This document shows positions 24,941-37,779 of a stretch of 64,000 bases of DNA, piece after piece. This DNA is from Octopus bimaculoides (taxonomy: Eukaryota). A model generated the notes under the pieces. It saw only the letters and a program-made list of their open reading frames with translations. It was not told the origin of the DNA and did no database searches. The translations under genes and the position numbers were made by a program. Numbering within the stretch: position 1 is the stretch's first letter; each line of letters opens with the position of its first letter. Where the stretch lies: NCBI RefSeq assembly GCF_001194135.2, contig NC_068982.1, positions 68,661,262 through 68,725,261 of the forward strand, written 5' to 3'.

Positions 24941-25852
24941 ATGGTGGTATGATGGATGACAGTTGGGTAAAGAAGTACTCAGAAATTCAGGTGGAAGGTG
25001 GAGGGGAACCTATTGAGAAAGGTTAGGAAGACATGGGAAAATGTGACTAAGGCTGATCTGAAGAGGCTGAATCTCAGAAAGGAGATGGTAAAGGACTGTA
25101 ACAAGTGGTGAGATATGCTGGAGACAATTTATCCAAACCATCTAAGCATGGAATAAGATATAAAAATGATGACAATGTTGATGACTATTTTATTTTTCTC
25201 CTCCCTCACTTCTCTCTCCTGCTGAGGTAACCACATATCCCTCTACATGTTTCTGCTCCTCTATCAAACTTTAACCTCTCTTCACATGGCATAAAGCTAC
25301 CTCCCTCAATACTAGTCACCTACTGCTCAGTTGCAAGGTGGTCTTGTCTTGCAAGTTACTTGGTTGACCTCACTAGTGCTAGTGCCATCTCAAAAGCACT
25401 CAGTACACTCTTTAAAGTGGTTGGCATTAGGAAGAACATCCATCCATTGTAAGTGTGCCAAAGCAGACATTGGAGCTTGGCACAGTCCTCTGGTTTATCA
25501 GCTCCTATTAAATTGTTTAACCCATGCCAGCATGAAAAACAAATGTTAAAATGATAGTGATGATGATGAAAGAATTTATTTCATTTCAACATTAGTTATA
25601 CGTTAAACAAATTTAAGAAAAATATTATTACTGTGAAAGAAAATAGTGTTTAGGATTACCCTATGAATCTATCACCTTATATTGTGTTGGTGTGTTGCTG
25701 ATAAGCATCATTAATGAACAAATTATTGTACATTTAGAAGAAATATTCACTTTTCCATTCCTGTTTATTGTATATGTATATTTCCCTTTCCATTGTTTGC
25801 TCATGAAATTTTATTTTTTTGACAATTTATATATGGATTTATTCATTTTTAG

Positions 25853-25989
25853 ATTTGAGAAAATAAAAGAATTTGAGGCTCCAACACAGTTGTATTCTGC
25901 TTCACTCCATCACCAAAAAGATGTGTTTGTGTGTGGTGGTGAAGATTTTAAAATGTACAAGTATGATTATGAGTCCGGAGCAGAAATTG
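25853..25989 (+). CDS. STRAP: STRAP coding exon
   Basis: tttttag|A TTT GAG...ATT G|gtgagt. FEKIKEFEAPTQLYSASLHHQKDVFVCGGEDFKMYKYDYESGAEI. 137 nt. Confidence 0.96.
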
Positions 25990-26059
25990 GTGAGTGTCAT
26001 TTCTAACCTATAAAAAATATTCTCTAAATGTGTCGAGCGTTTTATCTAAATTTGGGAAC

Positions 26060-26330
26060 AAATAGGTTGCTAAATTGAAAGCCATTCTCCTTTAGTTATT
26101 GAATGCAGAAACAGCATTCAATCTTTTTGTAAGAAAATTTCACTGAAATACACTGCCTTTATTTCAATAAATTTTGAAAATAATGAACAATTTAGTAAAA
26201 TAACTGGTGTTGAGAACATAAATAAAAATGAAGTCTTGATGGAAGATTTTAATTTAAGTCACTTTAAAGCAGGAAGTTTATGTCATAGAACCAAAGGTGA
26301 TTTCAAGTGGGTTAGTATCAAAAGGGTTAA
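26060..26330. mobile_element. One end of a piggyBac-like MITE family
   Basis: Ends ATCAAAAGGG|TTAA. Shares blocks (ttagtaaaataactg, gaacataaat, caggaagttt) with the copy at 38690-38875. Other end not found; start approximate. Confidence 0.5.
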
Positions 26331-28871
26331 ATATTTTCTTATCTAACCTGGTAGTGTTCTGCAAGATTATAGATTTGTTGTTGCTGGCTTATAGTTTCCT
26401 TTTTAAATATTTGGATAAATTGAGTTTGACATTTTTACAGACCAAGGAAATTGGTGTAGTTGGGAGAAAACTACAGTTTCTGGTATCTTGTTTGATTTTC
26501 ATTATTTCAAGGTATAAATCTACCTGAGTTGATTTTTGCTTTCTTCTTTAACTTGTTTCAATGAAACAAATACCAGTCATATAATGAAGTTGATTTAATT
26601 GATTTTACTTTCTCTATTGCATAAATATCTTAACCAAATTAAAAGAAATTGTATTTAAGATTTTGATTTAGTGTAACCCTAACCCCTTTCTTGTGTGAAG
26701 GCAGATCAAATTTTAACATCTTAATTCTGTGTTGAAATGGGTTCAGTAAATTTGCAGTAGCTTTGCATGCATCTCATCTGAATTTCTTGCCAGCTTTTGC
26801 CTTCATGTATTTATTATCCCAAGTTTTTAATCTATCTCTAGACCGTGCTATTGTACATACACCAAAACTTAAGATGAAGTCTCTGTAAAGTTTGGTTCTT
26901 TGTATCAAGCTTGTCATATTTCCTCTCCAAAAAATTATAATCTTCATTTTTATATGTCTCTTATTCATTCTTGTATAGAATACTGAATATTGTTGTCATA
27001 TTTGGGTTAGAACTTCTGTTGGTATTCTGTCTCTCTTTTCTGAATTCAAAAGTGAGTTTCTAACACTGTTGGTCTTATTTTGGCAGCTAAATTTCATCTC
27101 TCTTGTTGCTGGGAAATTGCTGTTTTATTCTATAAATACTTCTACATTTGTTGTTTTGCTAAATTTTCTTTCTTGTTCTTTCTTACAGTTACTAATCAAA
27201 TGACTTATCTTTCTATGAATTCTCATCCTTTCACTGTGGTTGTATACCACCCTTCTTATAAGTAGTGTTTCTAATCTTGTGTCTTTTCTAAAAAAAAAAA
27301 AAATTCAATTAAAAATATAATTCAGCCAGAAAGAAACAAAACAAAAAAACATTAAAGTTTACTGATGAGATGGCACAGGATAAGATAGTCATCCTAGTAA
27401 CATAATTAGAAAGAAGAGGAAGAAGTTGAGCTGTGTTTTCTCCCTAACTCTTTCTCAACAGATATATAACTGATTTTAGTAACTGCAACATTATGTAAAA
27501 ATAAAAGCTGTTATGATAAGATGCAAAATGAAGTCAATCATATACTTATTTCTTAGCTAGTTCAATCTACCAGTTATCTTTCATTGTTTTCTTGCAACAG
27601 TCATCCCTTGACACAATCGCAAACATTTTAGAAAAGCCAATTTTTTACATCACTAGCCTATAGCTTCAGGCTACTACACTACTTACAAAAAATAAAATTA
27701 AAGATACATGGTGGCTTCCCACAACTACTAATGGCAACAGAAAAGCTTTTGATTCTATTTCATGCTATGCATTTACAAAAAAAAAAAAAAAAAAAAAAAG
27801 AAGCTCAACACCTTAGGAAACAACTTAAAACACTGGCTAGTAAATGTAGTGTATAAAAGGGCTTTTTCAGAATTTGAAATTTCCTGAATGGAGTACCATT
27901 GGGATCTGTCCTCTCACTGTCTCTTTTCAACATGGACTTACATGACCTTCCAGCACTGTAATTCTAAGCATGGCTGGAGGACTACTATTATACCACATCG
28001 ATTCACATAAAAAATTTAGGTCCAAAATCAGTGGATGTAAAATATCTATTCACTAGTCCCAACTTGCGTTGGGATGCACAGTACTGATAATGAGTGCAGA
28101 ACAACAGCTGTTGCATTTTTATTGGGTCCCCTTCTGTTGTGACCACCCACCAAAATCTGCAGGTGTAGAGAAATATACTGGACAGTGGAGAGAGTGCAAC
28201 ACATCTTCATTACTGCAGCATACTCCATACAATTTATTACTGCATGGTATATTTATAAAACAGATTTATGGGTCACTCCAAGTTTAACTGAGTGTTTGTA
28301 TGCCATAGGGTTGCTCAATCAGAACTGGTTTTTGTTTTACTCATTACCAGAAAATGAATATAAATAATAAAAATTTTCACGTATTAGACACATTTAACTA
28401 AGGGCATTTGAGATGACCAGTTACAAGGGAGTGATGAATATGAGTTGGATGGCCTCTAGGATGAATGATTTAGTTCTAGAAGAGGTGGGAACAGAATAAA
28501 AGTGGTTAACTATGGTCAGGCAGTGAGGATTGTAATATTTTTGCCACATTATCAGACCTCAGGATCTTTGTACCTACATCCTCATAGGTTGGGAAGATGA
28601 AGTGATGACATGAAGACTGGGTACAGGAGACTAGTCATGTGTATGACTGCAACACAAGTTTGAGACAAGGAGTGGTGGTTGCGTCTGAGATCCCAACACT
28701 CAGCCATGAGGATGGTTGTATTTGTTCGTTCATTATCTAATTATAAAATAATTAAAAACACTGACTCTCTGTCATCACAATTTCAGTATTCTATTGTTCA
28801 TGTTGCTATCCATCTTTTTTTTTTTGACAATGTAGTTTTATTTATTGTATTTTTTCTTTATTCTTTTGCAG

Positions 28872-29095
28872 AGTCCTTCAAGGGTCATTTTGGCCCTGTA
28901 CATTGTGTCCGGTTTTCTCCTGATGGGGAGCTTTATGCCAGTGGTAGTGAAGATGGTACTTTACGCCTGTGGCAAACAACTGTAGGCAAGACATATGGTC
29001 TTTGGAAGTGTGTCTTGGCAGATGAGACTAGCACACCAACTACAGATACAGTGCCACAGTCTGCGCCGCAACAAGCAGTCAAAGCTGAGGCTTAG
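28872..29095 (+). CDS. STRAP: STRAP last coding exon
   Basis: ttttgcag|AG TCC TTC AAG GGT CAT. (E)[47 protein letters not shown]...VKAEA, stop TAG at 29093-29095. Confidence 0.97.
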
Positions 29096-29688
29096 TCTGT
29101 TTGTTGCTCCCTCTTCACTCTGACAGCTCCAACTTTCTCTCCTTAAATTTCTTCCCAATTCCCGACATTTAATTCCTTCCTCCTTTGCAAGCGATTTCTT
29201 CATCAATGCTTTTACTGTTGGTCCTCCTAATATTACACTTTAATTCAAAATAATCAAATTGATAGAAGATCCTCTCTGATATTTTTTTTTTTTTTTAATG
29301 TGGTATCATAATTACATGCGTACACACACATAGACACTCATATAAAAAAAACAAAAAACAAACAAACAACAGCTATTACAATTAAAGGAAACTGTTCTAT
29401 ACTTTCACTTTTAGTTTTCTCTGCTGTGAGAAAGTAGTGTTATATCATGTCTGAGAAAGCAAGAACTGGTCTCATTAATTTGGCTATTGCCCACCTGAAA
29501 CTAGTTGTCCATTTTGTTGACCAGTCTCATTATGAACACTGCTGTGAAAGGGGATCACTCATTATTTCAGACAGCTGCTTCTTCATGAAGCAATGAATAT
29601 AATATTTAAATATATATATAAAAAAAAAAAATACTTCTGGAAAAATATCCCATGGAACCTTAAAAAAAAAAAAGGTCACTAACTCTTT

Positions 29689-29694
29689 AATAAA
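29689..29694 (+). terminator. Candidate STRAP polyadenylation signal AATAAA
   Basis: AATAAA about 600 nt after the stop in an A-rich stretch. Other AATAAA hexamers lie just before the gap at 29809. Confidence 0.3.
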
Positions 29695-29808
29695 AGCAAC
29701 CATATCCAAAAACTAAAAAAAAAAGAAGATCCACAAATGTAAGAAAAAAAAGAAATGAAAATAAATTTTAAAAAAATACAATAAAAAATGTTCTGGAAAA
29801 AAATATCT

Positions 29809-30334
29809 NNNNNNNNNNNNNNNNNNNNNNNNNNNNNNNNNNNNNNNNNNNNNNNNNNNNNNNNNNNNNNNNNNNNNNNNNNNNNNNNNNNNNNNNNNNN
29901 NNNNNNNNNNNNNNNNNNNNNNNNNNNNNNNNNNNNNNNNNNNNNNNNNNNNNNNNNNNNNNNNNNNNNNNNNNNNNNNNNNNNNNNNNNNNNNNNNNNN
30001 NNNNNNNNNNNNNNNNNNNNNNNNNNNNNNNNNNNNNNNNNNNNNNNNNNNNNNNNNNNNNNNNNNNNNNNNNNNNNNNNNNNNNNNNNNNNNNNNNNNN
30101 NNNNNNNNNNNNNNNNNNNNNNNNNNNNNNNNNNNNNNNNNNNNNNNNNNNNNNNNNNNNNNNNNNNNNNNNNNNNNNNNNNNNNNNNNNNNNNNNNNNN
30201 NNNNNNNNNNNNNNNNNNNNNNNNNNNNNNNNNNNNNNNNNNNNNNNNNNNNNNNNNNNNNNNNNNNNNNNNNNNNNNNNNNNNNNNNNNNNNNNNNNNN
30301 NNNNNNNNNNNNNNNNNNNNNNNNNNNNNNNNNN
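29809..30334. other. Assembly gap (largest of seven)
   Basis: N runs at 35-44, 7383-7615, 8433-8840, 9958-10078, 29809-30334, 35715-35724 and 43859-43868, mostly next to microsatellites or RTE tandem units. Confidence 1.
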
Positions 30335-31799
30335 ATATATATAGATAGATATATATATGAATGGCTGTATGGTTGAGAAGTTGGTTTTGAGTTCAGTTCG
30401 GTGAGGCATCTTGAGCAAGTGTATTCTGCTATACTCCCAAGCCAAATTAAATCTTATGAGTGGATTTGATGCATAGAAACTGAAAAGAAACCTGCTGAAT
30501 ATATAATATATATGTGCATATGTTTTTTTTTTTTTTTTTTTACATCTATATTCACTTGAAAGAAGTTGAGTGTTAATGTTGGCACTTCTTGCTTTGTATC
30601 TTCAAAGGCATCGGCATAAGAGATTCCTTACTGGAAAACGTAAGGGTTAGTATCAAGAAAGGCATCCAGTTGCAAAATGATACCTCAATATCATATTTGT
30701 CTGACCATGCTAGCATGGAAAAATGGACATAAAACAAATGAATAAATATATTGAAAATAGAATGAATGCTGAAAGTTGATTGAATGTGAAGAAAGGTATT
30801 AAAGACGTCAGTAAAAGATCTTTGTGAAAAAAAACAAACCCAAACAACCTGGCTATTAGAGCCACTCAACTCCAACTAGAATGATTCTTAATTTTGTTTT
30901 TACATTCATTTTAGTTTTATTCTAAATTACCCTTTTGAAACTGTGAGAATGTTAGAGCAGGTATGATAGGGTTCGACCATATCTCTGGGTGACACTGCAT
31001 GACTTTGTGTTTACAGTACACTGATTGGCAGAAACATCATTAATTTCAGCTGTAAACACAAAACAATGAAGTTGTCTGCTTTTCCATCTTCCAGGGGTAT
31101 AATCAAACAAAATTGTACTTGCTAAAAAGTACTTTTGGGTTCAAAGGAGTTAATATATATGGTTGTGTGGTAAAAAGTTTGCTTCCTAATGATAGGGTTC
31201 TGGGTTCAGTTCTACTGTGTGGACCTTGGGTAAGTGTCTTCCACTACAGCCTGGGATTGACCAAAGCCTTGAGTGGATTTAGTAGATAGAAACTGAAAGA
31301 AGTCTGTCATATGTATGTGTGAGTATATATATATATATATTTGTGTGTGTGTGTATATATTTGTATTTGTCCCCCCATCATTGCTGCAATTAAAAGAATG
31401 AACACCAGTTAAAGGAATTGGGTAATTTTGCCAATTTGAATATTTGCATGAATTCTTTGAGTGTTTTACTCAAATATAAAATGAGAGTGAAAACTATTTT
31501 TCATTTGTGGAAATTGAATTAAAAGTAAAATATATTTTTCTGCACTAACAGGTTGAACAGTCTGGAAACATTTCAAAAATTTTTTAGTCTTGTAATTTGA
31601 GGTTTCACATTTAGATGCCTTGCCTATTATCAACTCATGTAACTGAAGGTTAAGGATTATTTGTGACATCAATACTAAAGACATATCCTTGTAGTGGAAC
31701 TGGAACCTTCACTTCATACTAGTTTGAACAAGTGAAATTCCTGCTAAGGTCAATTTTCATTTAATATTGTACTTTTTGGAGGGAAGAGGAAGTTCAAGG

Positions 31800-32060
31800 A
31801 ACTATTGTCTCTGCTGACAAGAGGATTCTCTCTGCAAGTAAAGGGTAGATTGAACTGCAGTGTTGCATGGTAACGAATTGTGGGTACCAAATGCAGGAGG
31901 TATGCAAAGTCTGGACAGAAATGAAACATGCATAATGTCAGAGTGTATGAATGACAAATTACAGATGCTTGGAAAGAAGAGTATAGAGGAATATGGTATA
32001 GTGTGCAAAAAGAGATGGCTATATTGGTATGGACTTGTAATATAGATGGGTGACGTGCCA
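31800..32060 (+). mobile_element. RTE RT C-terminal fragment
   Basis: LLSLLTRGFSLQVKGRL and MLHGNELW...KKRWLYWYGLV. Confidence 0.7.
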
Positions 32061-32264
32061 AGAAATTAATGGTGAAGAATGAATCTCTCACTAGCAAAAG
32101 GAGGTAAAGTCAAGTTTACTTCCCAACCACATGCTTTCAGGTTCAATCCCACTGTGCAGCACCTTCAGAAAGTGTCTTCTGCTATATCCTTGGATTGATC
32201 AAAGCCGTGTGAGTGGACTTGCAGAGGGAAATTGAACAAAATCCATTGTGTGTGTGTGGATGTG

Positions 32265-32420
32265 CATGGCTTAGTGGTTAGGGTGTTGCACTCTTGATTC
32301 GAAGATTGTGGTTTTGATTCCTGGACTGGGTGATGTCATTCTTGAGCAAAACATGTTATTTCATGTTGCTCCAGTTCACTCAACTGGTAAAAATGAGTAA
32401 TTCCATGATAGACCAGTATC
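32265..32420 (+). mobile_element. CORE-like SINE
   Basis: tRNA-like head ggcttagtggttagg...gattcc, then cttgagcaaaac...gttgctccagttcactcaactgg. Related copies at 24050-24225(-) and 42170-42290(+). Confidence 0.65.
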
Positions 32421-32557
32421 CTGTCCAGGAGTGGAATATATATATACCACAGAATCTGGGGAAACTCTTGTGAGTCTGTAGTTTGGGAAAAGACCTTTGA
32501 TTCTTTTGAGATGTGTATATATATATATATATATATAGCATTTGTTTTGTTGCCTCG

Positions 32558-32882
32558 GTGGAGGCGCAGTGGCCCAGTGGTTAGGGCAGCGGTTTCGATT
32601 CCCAGACCGGGCATTGTGAGTGTTTGAGGCTCCAGCAGGGGATGGTGGCGAACCCTGCTGTACTCTTTCGCCACAACTTTCTCACTCTTACTTCCTGTTT
32701 CTGTTGTGCCTGTAATTCAAAGGGTCAGCCATGTCACACTGAATATCCCTGGAGAACTACAATAAGGGCACACGTGTCTGTGGAGTGCTCAGCTACTTGC
32801 ACGTTAATTTCACAAGCAGGCTGTTCCGTTGATTGGATCAACTGGAACCCTCGATGTCGTAAGCGACGGAGTGCCAACAACA
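32558..32882 (+). mobile_element. tRNA-derived SINE, relatively young, with candidate TSD
   Basis: A-box TGGCCCAGTGG, B-box GGTTTCGATTCCC and an (AAC)n tail. Flanks tttgttgcctcg (32546-32557) and tttgttgtctcg (32883-32894) match 11/12. Confidence 0.8.
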
Positions 32883-33205
32883 TTTGTTGTCTCGACATTG
32901 CGAAATAGTTATAAACAATTATCATAATCATTCAAGCAGAGTCCAACATTTCCAGTCTCCCATGAAAACATGTCCAGCCATGAGAAAATATTACCTCGAT
33001 TGGAAACAGCAAAGGAATCCAGTTATAAAAAAAATCTGTCTCAACAAATTCCATCTGACTTGTGCAAATGTGGAGAAGAGTCATTAAAACAATGATGATG
33101 ACAACATATCTAGTTACAGCACCTCAAACTTAACAGAAAATAAGAATGTTTAAATGAAAACAAAACACATTGATATATATATAATATACATATTCCCTAT
33201 TTTAA

Positions 33206-33211
33206 TTTATT
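33206..33211 (-). terminator. Candidate NDUFB8 polyadenylation signal AATAAA
   Basis: tttatt on + (AATAAA on -), about 46 nt downstream of the stop codon. Confidence 0.55.
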
Positions 33212-33257
33212 ATCTAAAACCATCACATCTGTTCTGTTGCTGAAATATTGTAGATGT

Positions 33258-33359
33258 TCACTCCACAGACTCAAATGTGTAGTTTACAACAGGTTTTACA
33301 TCAGCTGGATCACCACCTCTTTCTGTATGGAGATTGTTGAAAGGAAATTGTTTAGGCAT
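33258..33359 (-). CDS. NDUFB8: NDUFB8 exon 5 (last)
   Basis: attgcag|ATG CCT AAA CAA TTT CCT. MPKQFPFNNLHTERGGDPADVKPVVNYTFESVE* matches the family motif PKQYPYNNLYLERGGDP. Total CDS 591 nt = 196 aa plus stop. Confidence 0.95.
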   Translation of the reverse strand: MPKQFPFNNLHTERGGDPADVKPVVNYTFESVE

Positions 33360-34379
33360 CTGCAATAAAAGTGATCAAGAAATCATTAAGAGGAATATAT
33401 ATATATACACATTATTCTAAAGTATTTTTCATCAAGTATCAAATTATTCCTCTCTCACATCCAACAGCTGTCAAATAGTTTTCCATCCTGAACTAAATGT
33501 ACAAGTTAATTAATTATGGACACAGGCACGGTTGAGTGGTTAAGTTTGCATTGCAACCATGAGGTTCCAGGTTTGATCTTACTGCATGACTTCATGTCCA
33601 AGTGCCTTTACCATAGCTTCAAGTTGGCCAAAGTCTTGTAAGTGAAAGAGGGATGTAACAATTTTAAATCTTGTGATACAAAGGTCCAGATTGTCATACT
33701 CGTGTTACATTGATTTCATTTAAGAATTATATTAAGGGAACACACGTCTGTGGAATACTCAGCCACTTTGCATGCTAATTCAATAAAGAAGTCATCCAGT
33801 TGATTGAACAACTGGATAATGCTCAAAGATTGAAATCGATAAGAGTGTCCATCACTACTTAATCCCACCTGTCTGTCTCCCCATCAACATACCAACTCTC
33901 CAAACACTCTTGACCTACTCTACTGGGTCATTGATTGACTTACTTGAAGTACTCTCTTCTCTCACCATTTGGTGCTTCTGGTCAGTAAACCAGTTGTTCT
34001 GCAAACACATTGCTTCATTTCTGACTCCCATAAAGGCAGGTAAGTATGTGAAAATATCGTCTTCTTAGATATATCTCTCAAGTAACTTCAATGTGGTTTA
34101 CTCAGCTATACATATGAAAGACACTGCCTAAAACACAAAGATAGTCCCCTCCTACCACTAAATTATGGAGCATTACTCAGTATTCGCAAAACGACCTTCA
34201 AGAAATAAATTAAAAAATCACATAGTTTGCATATCTCACTTTCCAAATTAAGAATGGAACTTCTTGTCCTAATGATTGTAATATTCATCACCAGTACATT
34301 TCAACCAATATATATCACTCTTAAAAATAAAGCTATCATTAATTTCCATTTTGCTTTCAATTCCACATTGCATGCACAC

Positions 34380-35260
34380 AACACCTGGATTTCCATATCA
34401 TTATAAAGTGTTTCAACCTCTCAAGAGGATCTTCACCAATCTATAGACACGTCACAGTGTGTTCATTCATAATGGTAATCTCTCCGACTCTGTTACATCC
34501 CAATCTATTACACTCGCATTCAAATTTCGTATTACCATACACTCCGCCCCATCGTTTCTAGTTACTTCCCTTAATGACTGGTCATCAAGTATAGCTTTTG
34601 TATAACCAGATCTACTGAACATCTGGCACACCTACACTGGTAAATTTTTGTGAGAACTCTCATCTTAAAATTATTATTTTGACATTAACAGAGCCTTTGA
34701 TTTTGTTGGCACCAATGGGTTTGCTCATCTTATCTTTTAGATCAGACAATTGTAGTGGGCAGTAATGAGACTTACTTCAACCAAAATCTTTTAACCTTAA
34801 ATACCACAGGATTGGCTTCCACCTCACATTAACAATCTTCTGTAACCCACACATCCATTCTGGTATATATGATTCCATTCATTACTCTTCTTTAAATTCC
34901 TAATATGAAAATCATCCATATGCAACCTAGAGCTCTCATGTTATTTGGTCTGCTTCAATGATGTTGTCTCCAACAGGGATGTAGCAAACCGGTCTTCAAC
35001 AACACCAAGACACAAATTGCACACCAACTAAACAGTCTTGTACTACACTATGCATGGATAATATGTTTAAAACACTAAATTTTGCTATAAATGCAAAGCC
35101 TAGGAGTATCTGATCTTTTATGACATTCACACCTGTATAACACAGCCAAAACTACATCAACTAAAGGTATATTACTTCTTCAGGAATGATTAGTCGCTAA
35201 TCCTCTACAAAGTTTAAATGTGACTTACAGTTCATGTGGGTTAGTGTTACTGCTGTTGCT
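34380..35260 (+). pseudogene. Highly decayed LINE RT (CR1/L2-like)
   Basis: Motif echoes YRHVTV (NYRPIS), YSFCITRST (YGFR..RST) and FDINRAFD (LDISKAFD) in the correct order. Boundaries approximate. Confidence 0.45.
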
Positions 35261-35681
35261 ACATGTATACAAAGTCTAGCCACACCCTAAAAGTTAAGTT
35301 AGTTGATCAAAACAATGTCTGGACAAATTATCTTAGGCTACCAACAACATATGGCAGGGGAGGGTGGAATAGCCTACCAGATTATTAAGAATCAAATTAA
35401 AACTATCTTAGGCTAACCAACAACATATGGGGGTGGGGTGGGGGAAATAGCCTATCAGATTATTAAGAATCAAATTAAAAACTCCATAGATTTATTTATT
35501 ATTTGTTACTAATAAATGACAACATATAGAATTTATCACAGATTTAATTTTTTGCAAGTCCAGGGTTCATTTTATAACTCAAAATAACCTCTTAAGTCAG
35601 GAGTTCTTACAAAATTTTTTAATTGTTTCACTATTTGTAATGTTACAACTCTATTCTTACATTTATGTAGTATATATATAG

Positions 35682-35714
<33 letters not shown>

Positions 35715-35734
35715 NNNNNNNNNNAATTTATCTA

Positions 35735-37012
35735 TCAGGTCATCCCATAAGTTCTGTACAATTTTACTTTTTTTAAAATTGAATGAAATGTAATAGTATT
35801 TTAGAATGTCTAATGGAATTAAAAATTATTTTTACGCATTTGTGTACATTTAAACTAATTAAATATTATTTTACAGAATAATAGAATTAAAATTTCTTTG
35901 ATTAAAACCCTTTCTAACATGGAAGTATCCAAAGAGCATTCAAAGCACATAATGCTTTATGAGTTCAAAAAAGGAAACTCTGCAGCCGAAGTTACTCGAA
36001 ACATACACTCAGTTTATGGGAAAGAATGCTTGAATGAAAGAACTTGCAGAAGATGGTTTGCAAAATTCAGAAGTGGAGATTTCAGCCTTGAAGATGAAGA
36101 TCGAACAGGACATCCAGTTGAGTTTGATGATAAGCTCCTTGAGACATTACTTGAAGAAAATCCTGCATTATCAGTTGAAGAATTTGCAATAAAGCTTAGT
36201 TCAAACCATACAATTGTTCATCATCATCTTCAACAACTTGGAAAAGTTCCTAAACTTGGAAAGTGGGTGCCTCATGAATGGTCCAAAAGCAACTGCAAAT
36301 CCTGAGTTGACATCTGCTCTTCTCTCCATTCTCGCAACTCATTTCACCCTTTTTGGATAGATTTGTGATGGTGACAAAAAATGGATCTTCTATCGAAATA
36401 TTAACAGCCGTAAACAATGGCTTGTTAAAAGGGAAAAAGCTCAACCACAACCAAGAAGGGAACTTCATGGGAAAAAGGTTCTTCTCTCTATCTGGTGGGA
36501 TTGCAAAGGAGTAATCCACTTTGAATTGTTACCACCTAATGCAACAATCAATGCTCAAGTCTACTGTCAGCAATTAGAGCGTTTGAACCAAGATTTGAAG
36601 AAAAAAAGACCCGCTTTGGTGAATCGAAAAGGACTGATGTTTCATCAGGGCAATGCATGACCCCACACTACAAAGAATACATCACAAGATCGAAGAGCTT
36701 GGTTGGAAAAAAATTCCTCATCCACCTTATTCTCCCGACCTTCCTCCTTCAGACTACCATTTGTTTCGACAGAATCATTTGGGGTACATAGCTTTTGCAA
36801 GCCAGGAGGAGGTCGAAACTGACATTTCAGAGTTCTTCACTTTAAAACCAAAAAAGTTTTACATTGATGGGATTAAAAAGCTTGTAAATAGATGGAAGGA
36901 AGTCATAGATAGTCAGGGAAAGTACATTGATGATTAAATTTCAATTAAATATAACATTTGATCACTTGTTTTCTTTATTCAAAATTCAGGCAGAACTTAT
37001 GGGATAACCTGA
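35735..37012 (+). mobile_element. Full-length mariner DNA transposon (1278 bp) in NDUFB8 intron 4, antisense to the host
   Basis: TIRs tcaggtcatcccataagttctg (35735-35756) and its reverse complement at 36991-37012 match 21/22. TA flanks both sides. Confidence 0.95.
35919..36937 (+). pseudogene. Mariner D,D34D transposase, inactivated
   Basis: MEVSKEHSKHIMLYEFKKG...WFAKFRSGDFSLED...WVPHE, then a stop at 36303-36305 and frameshifts. DNARPH reads GNA*PH; C-terminus HPPYSPDLPPSDYHLF...GKYIDD. Confidence 0.93.
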
Positions 37013-37344
37013 TATGTTATACAAAAACATTTCACTTAACCCTGGAATTTCTACCTTTATAAGTAGGCTGTAACATCCTTGGCACTTATGTGAATTTTTG
37101 CTACCCTGGTAACTATTTATTTATTTTTCTGTGTTATTTGTACACTGGAAAAATACACACACACATATATATTTATTAACTATTTAAACAGGATTTGTTT
37201 TGAAAATTCAAGCCATTAGATTTGAATAATTGTGTTGACACATTGTTATACCAATAATTGATAAATGAGAGTTCATAATTATGTCATTATAAAATCTGGT
37301 AAGCAAATCAGTAATGTAAAAAGGTAAAAAAGTTTCATACTTAC

Positions 37345-37435
37345 AACAGCTGGATGTAAAACAACTGAAGATGTCAAGTAAGCTGTTAATGCTACACCTC
37401 CTAGTATTCCAAAAAATACCAGTGCTTGCTTTTTT
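37345..37435 (-). CDS. NDUFB8: NDUFB8 exon 4 (transmembrane helix)
   Basis: tttctag|A AAA AAG CAA...GCT GTT|gtaagt. KKQALVFFGILGGVALTAYLTSSVVLHPAV, a single hydrophobic helix. 91 nt. Confidence 0.88.
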
Positions 37436-37586
37436 CTAGAAATACAAGTAAATAATGACCATTAATGAAGATGTATTATACAAGTGTATATGTGGAGGGG
37501 GAAATACCTTATTACTAGCACATATTAACAAAACAAATGCTTTTCAAACGAATCTTTATTTAATACCTCAACCATAACACCTTTAA

Positions 37587-37779
37587 CCCTTTAGCATTCG
37601 GATTACTGTCAAATATAATGTTTGTTTACTTTGTTTTGAATTAATCGTGCATTATGTCGTAGCTTTGACATTTTGATGGTATGATTGTTTAGTTTTTAAA
37701 TGACATTGTTGGGTAGGTGTTTGACCATAAAACAGGTAAAATTTTCAGGCTAGATATGGCTGGTTTAGAAGCTAAAGAG
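37587..37779. mobile_element. piggyBac-like MITE (193 bp)
   Basis: TTAA|CCCTTTAGCAT...AAGCTAAAGAG|TTAA: TTAA duplication at 37583-37586 and 37780-37783 with short imperfect TIRs. Confidence 0.7.

Noticed and set aside
28679-28871. 5' extension of the 138-aa ORF over the last STRAP exon
   Set aside because: Intronic polypyrimidine-rich sequence; homology starts exactly at the AG acceptor.
32558-32610. tRNA gene (also the heads at 24797, 32268, 42175 and 43328)
   Set aside because: A/B boxes are present but there is no cloverleaf, and each continues into a SINE body.
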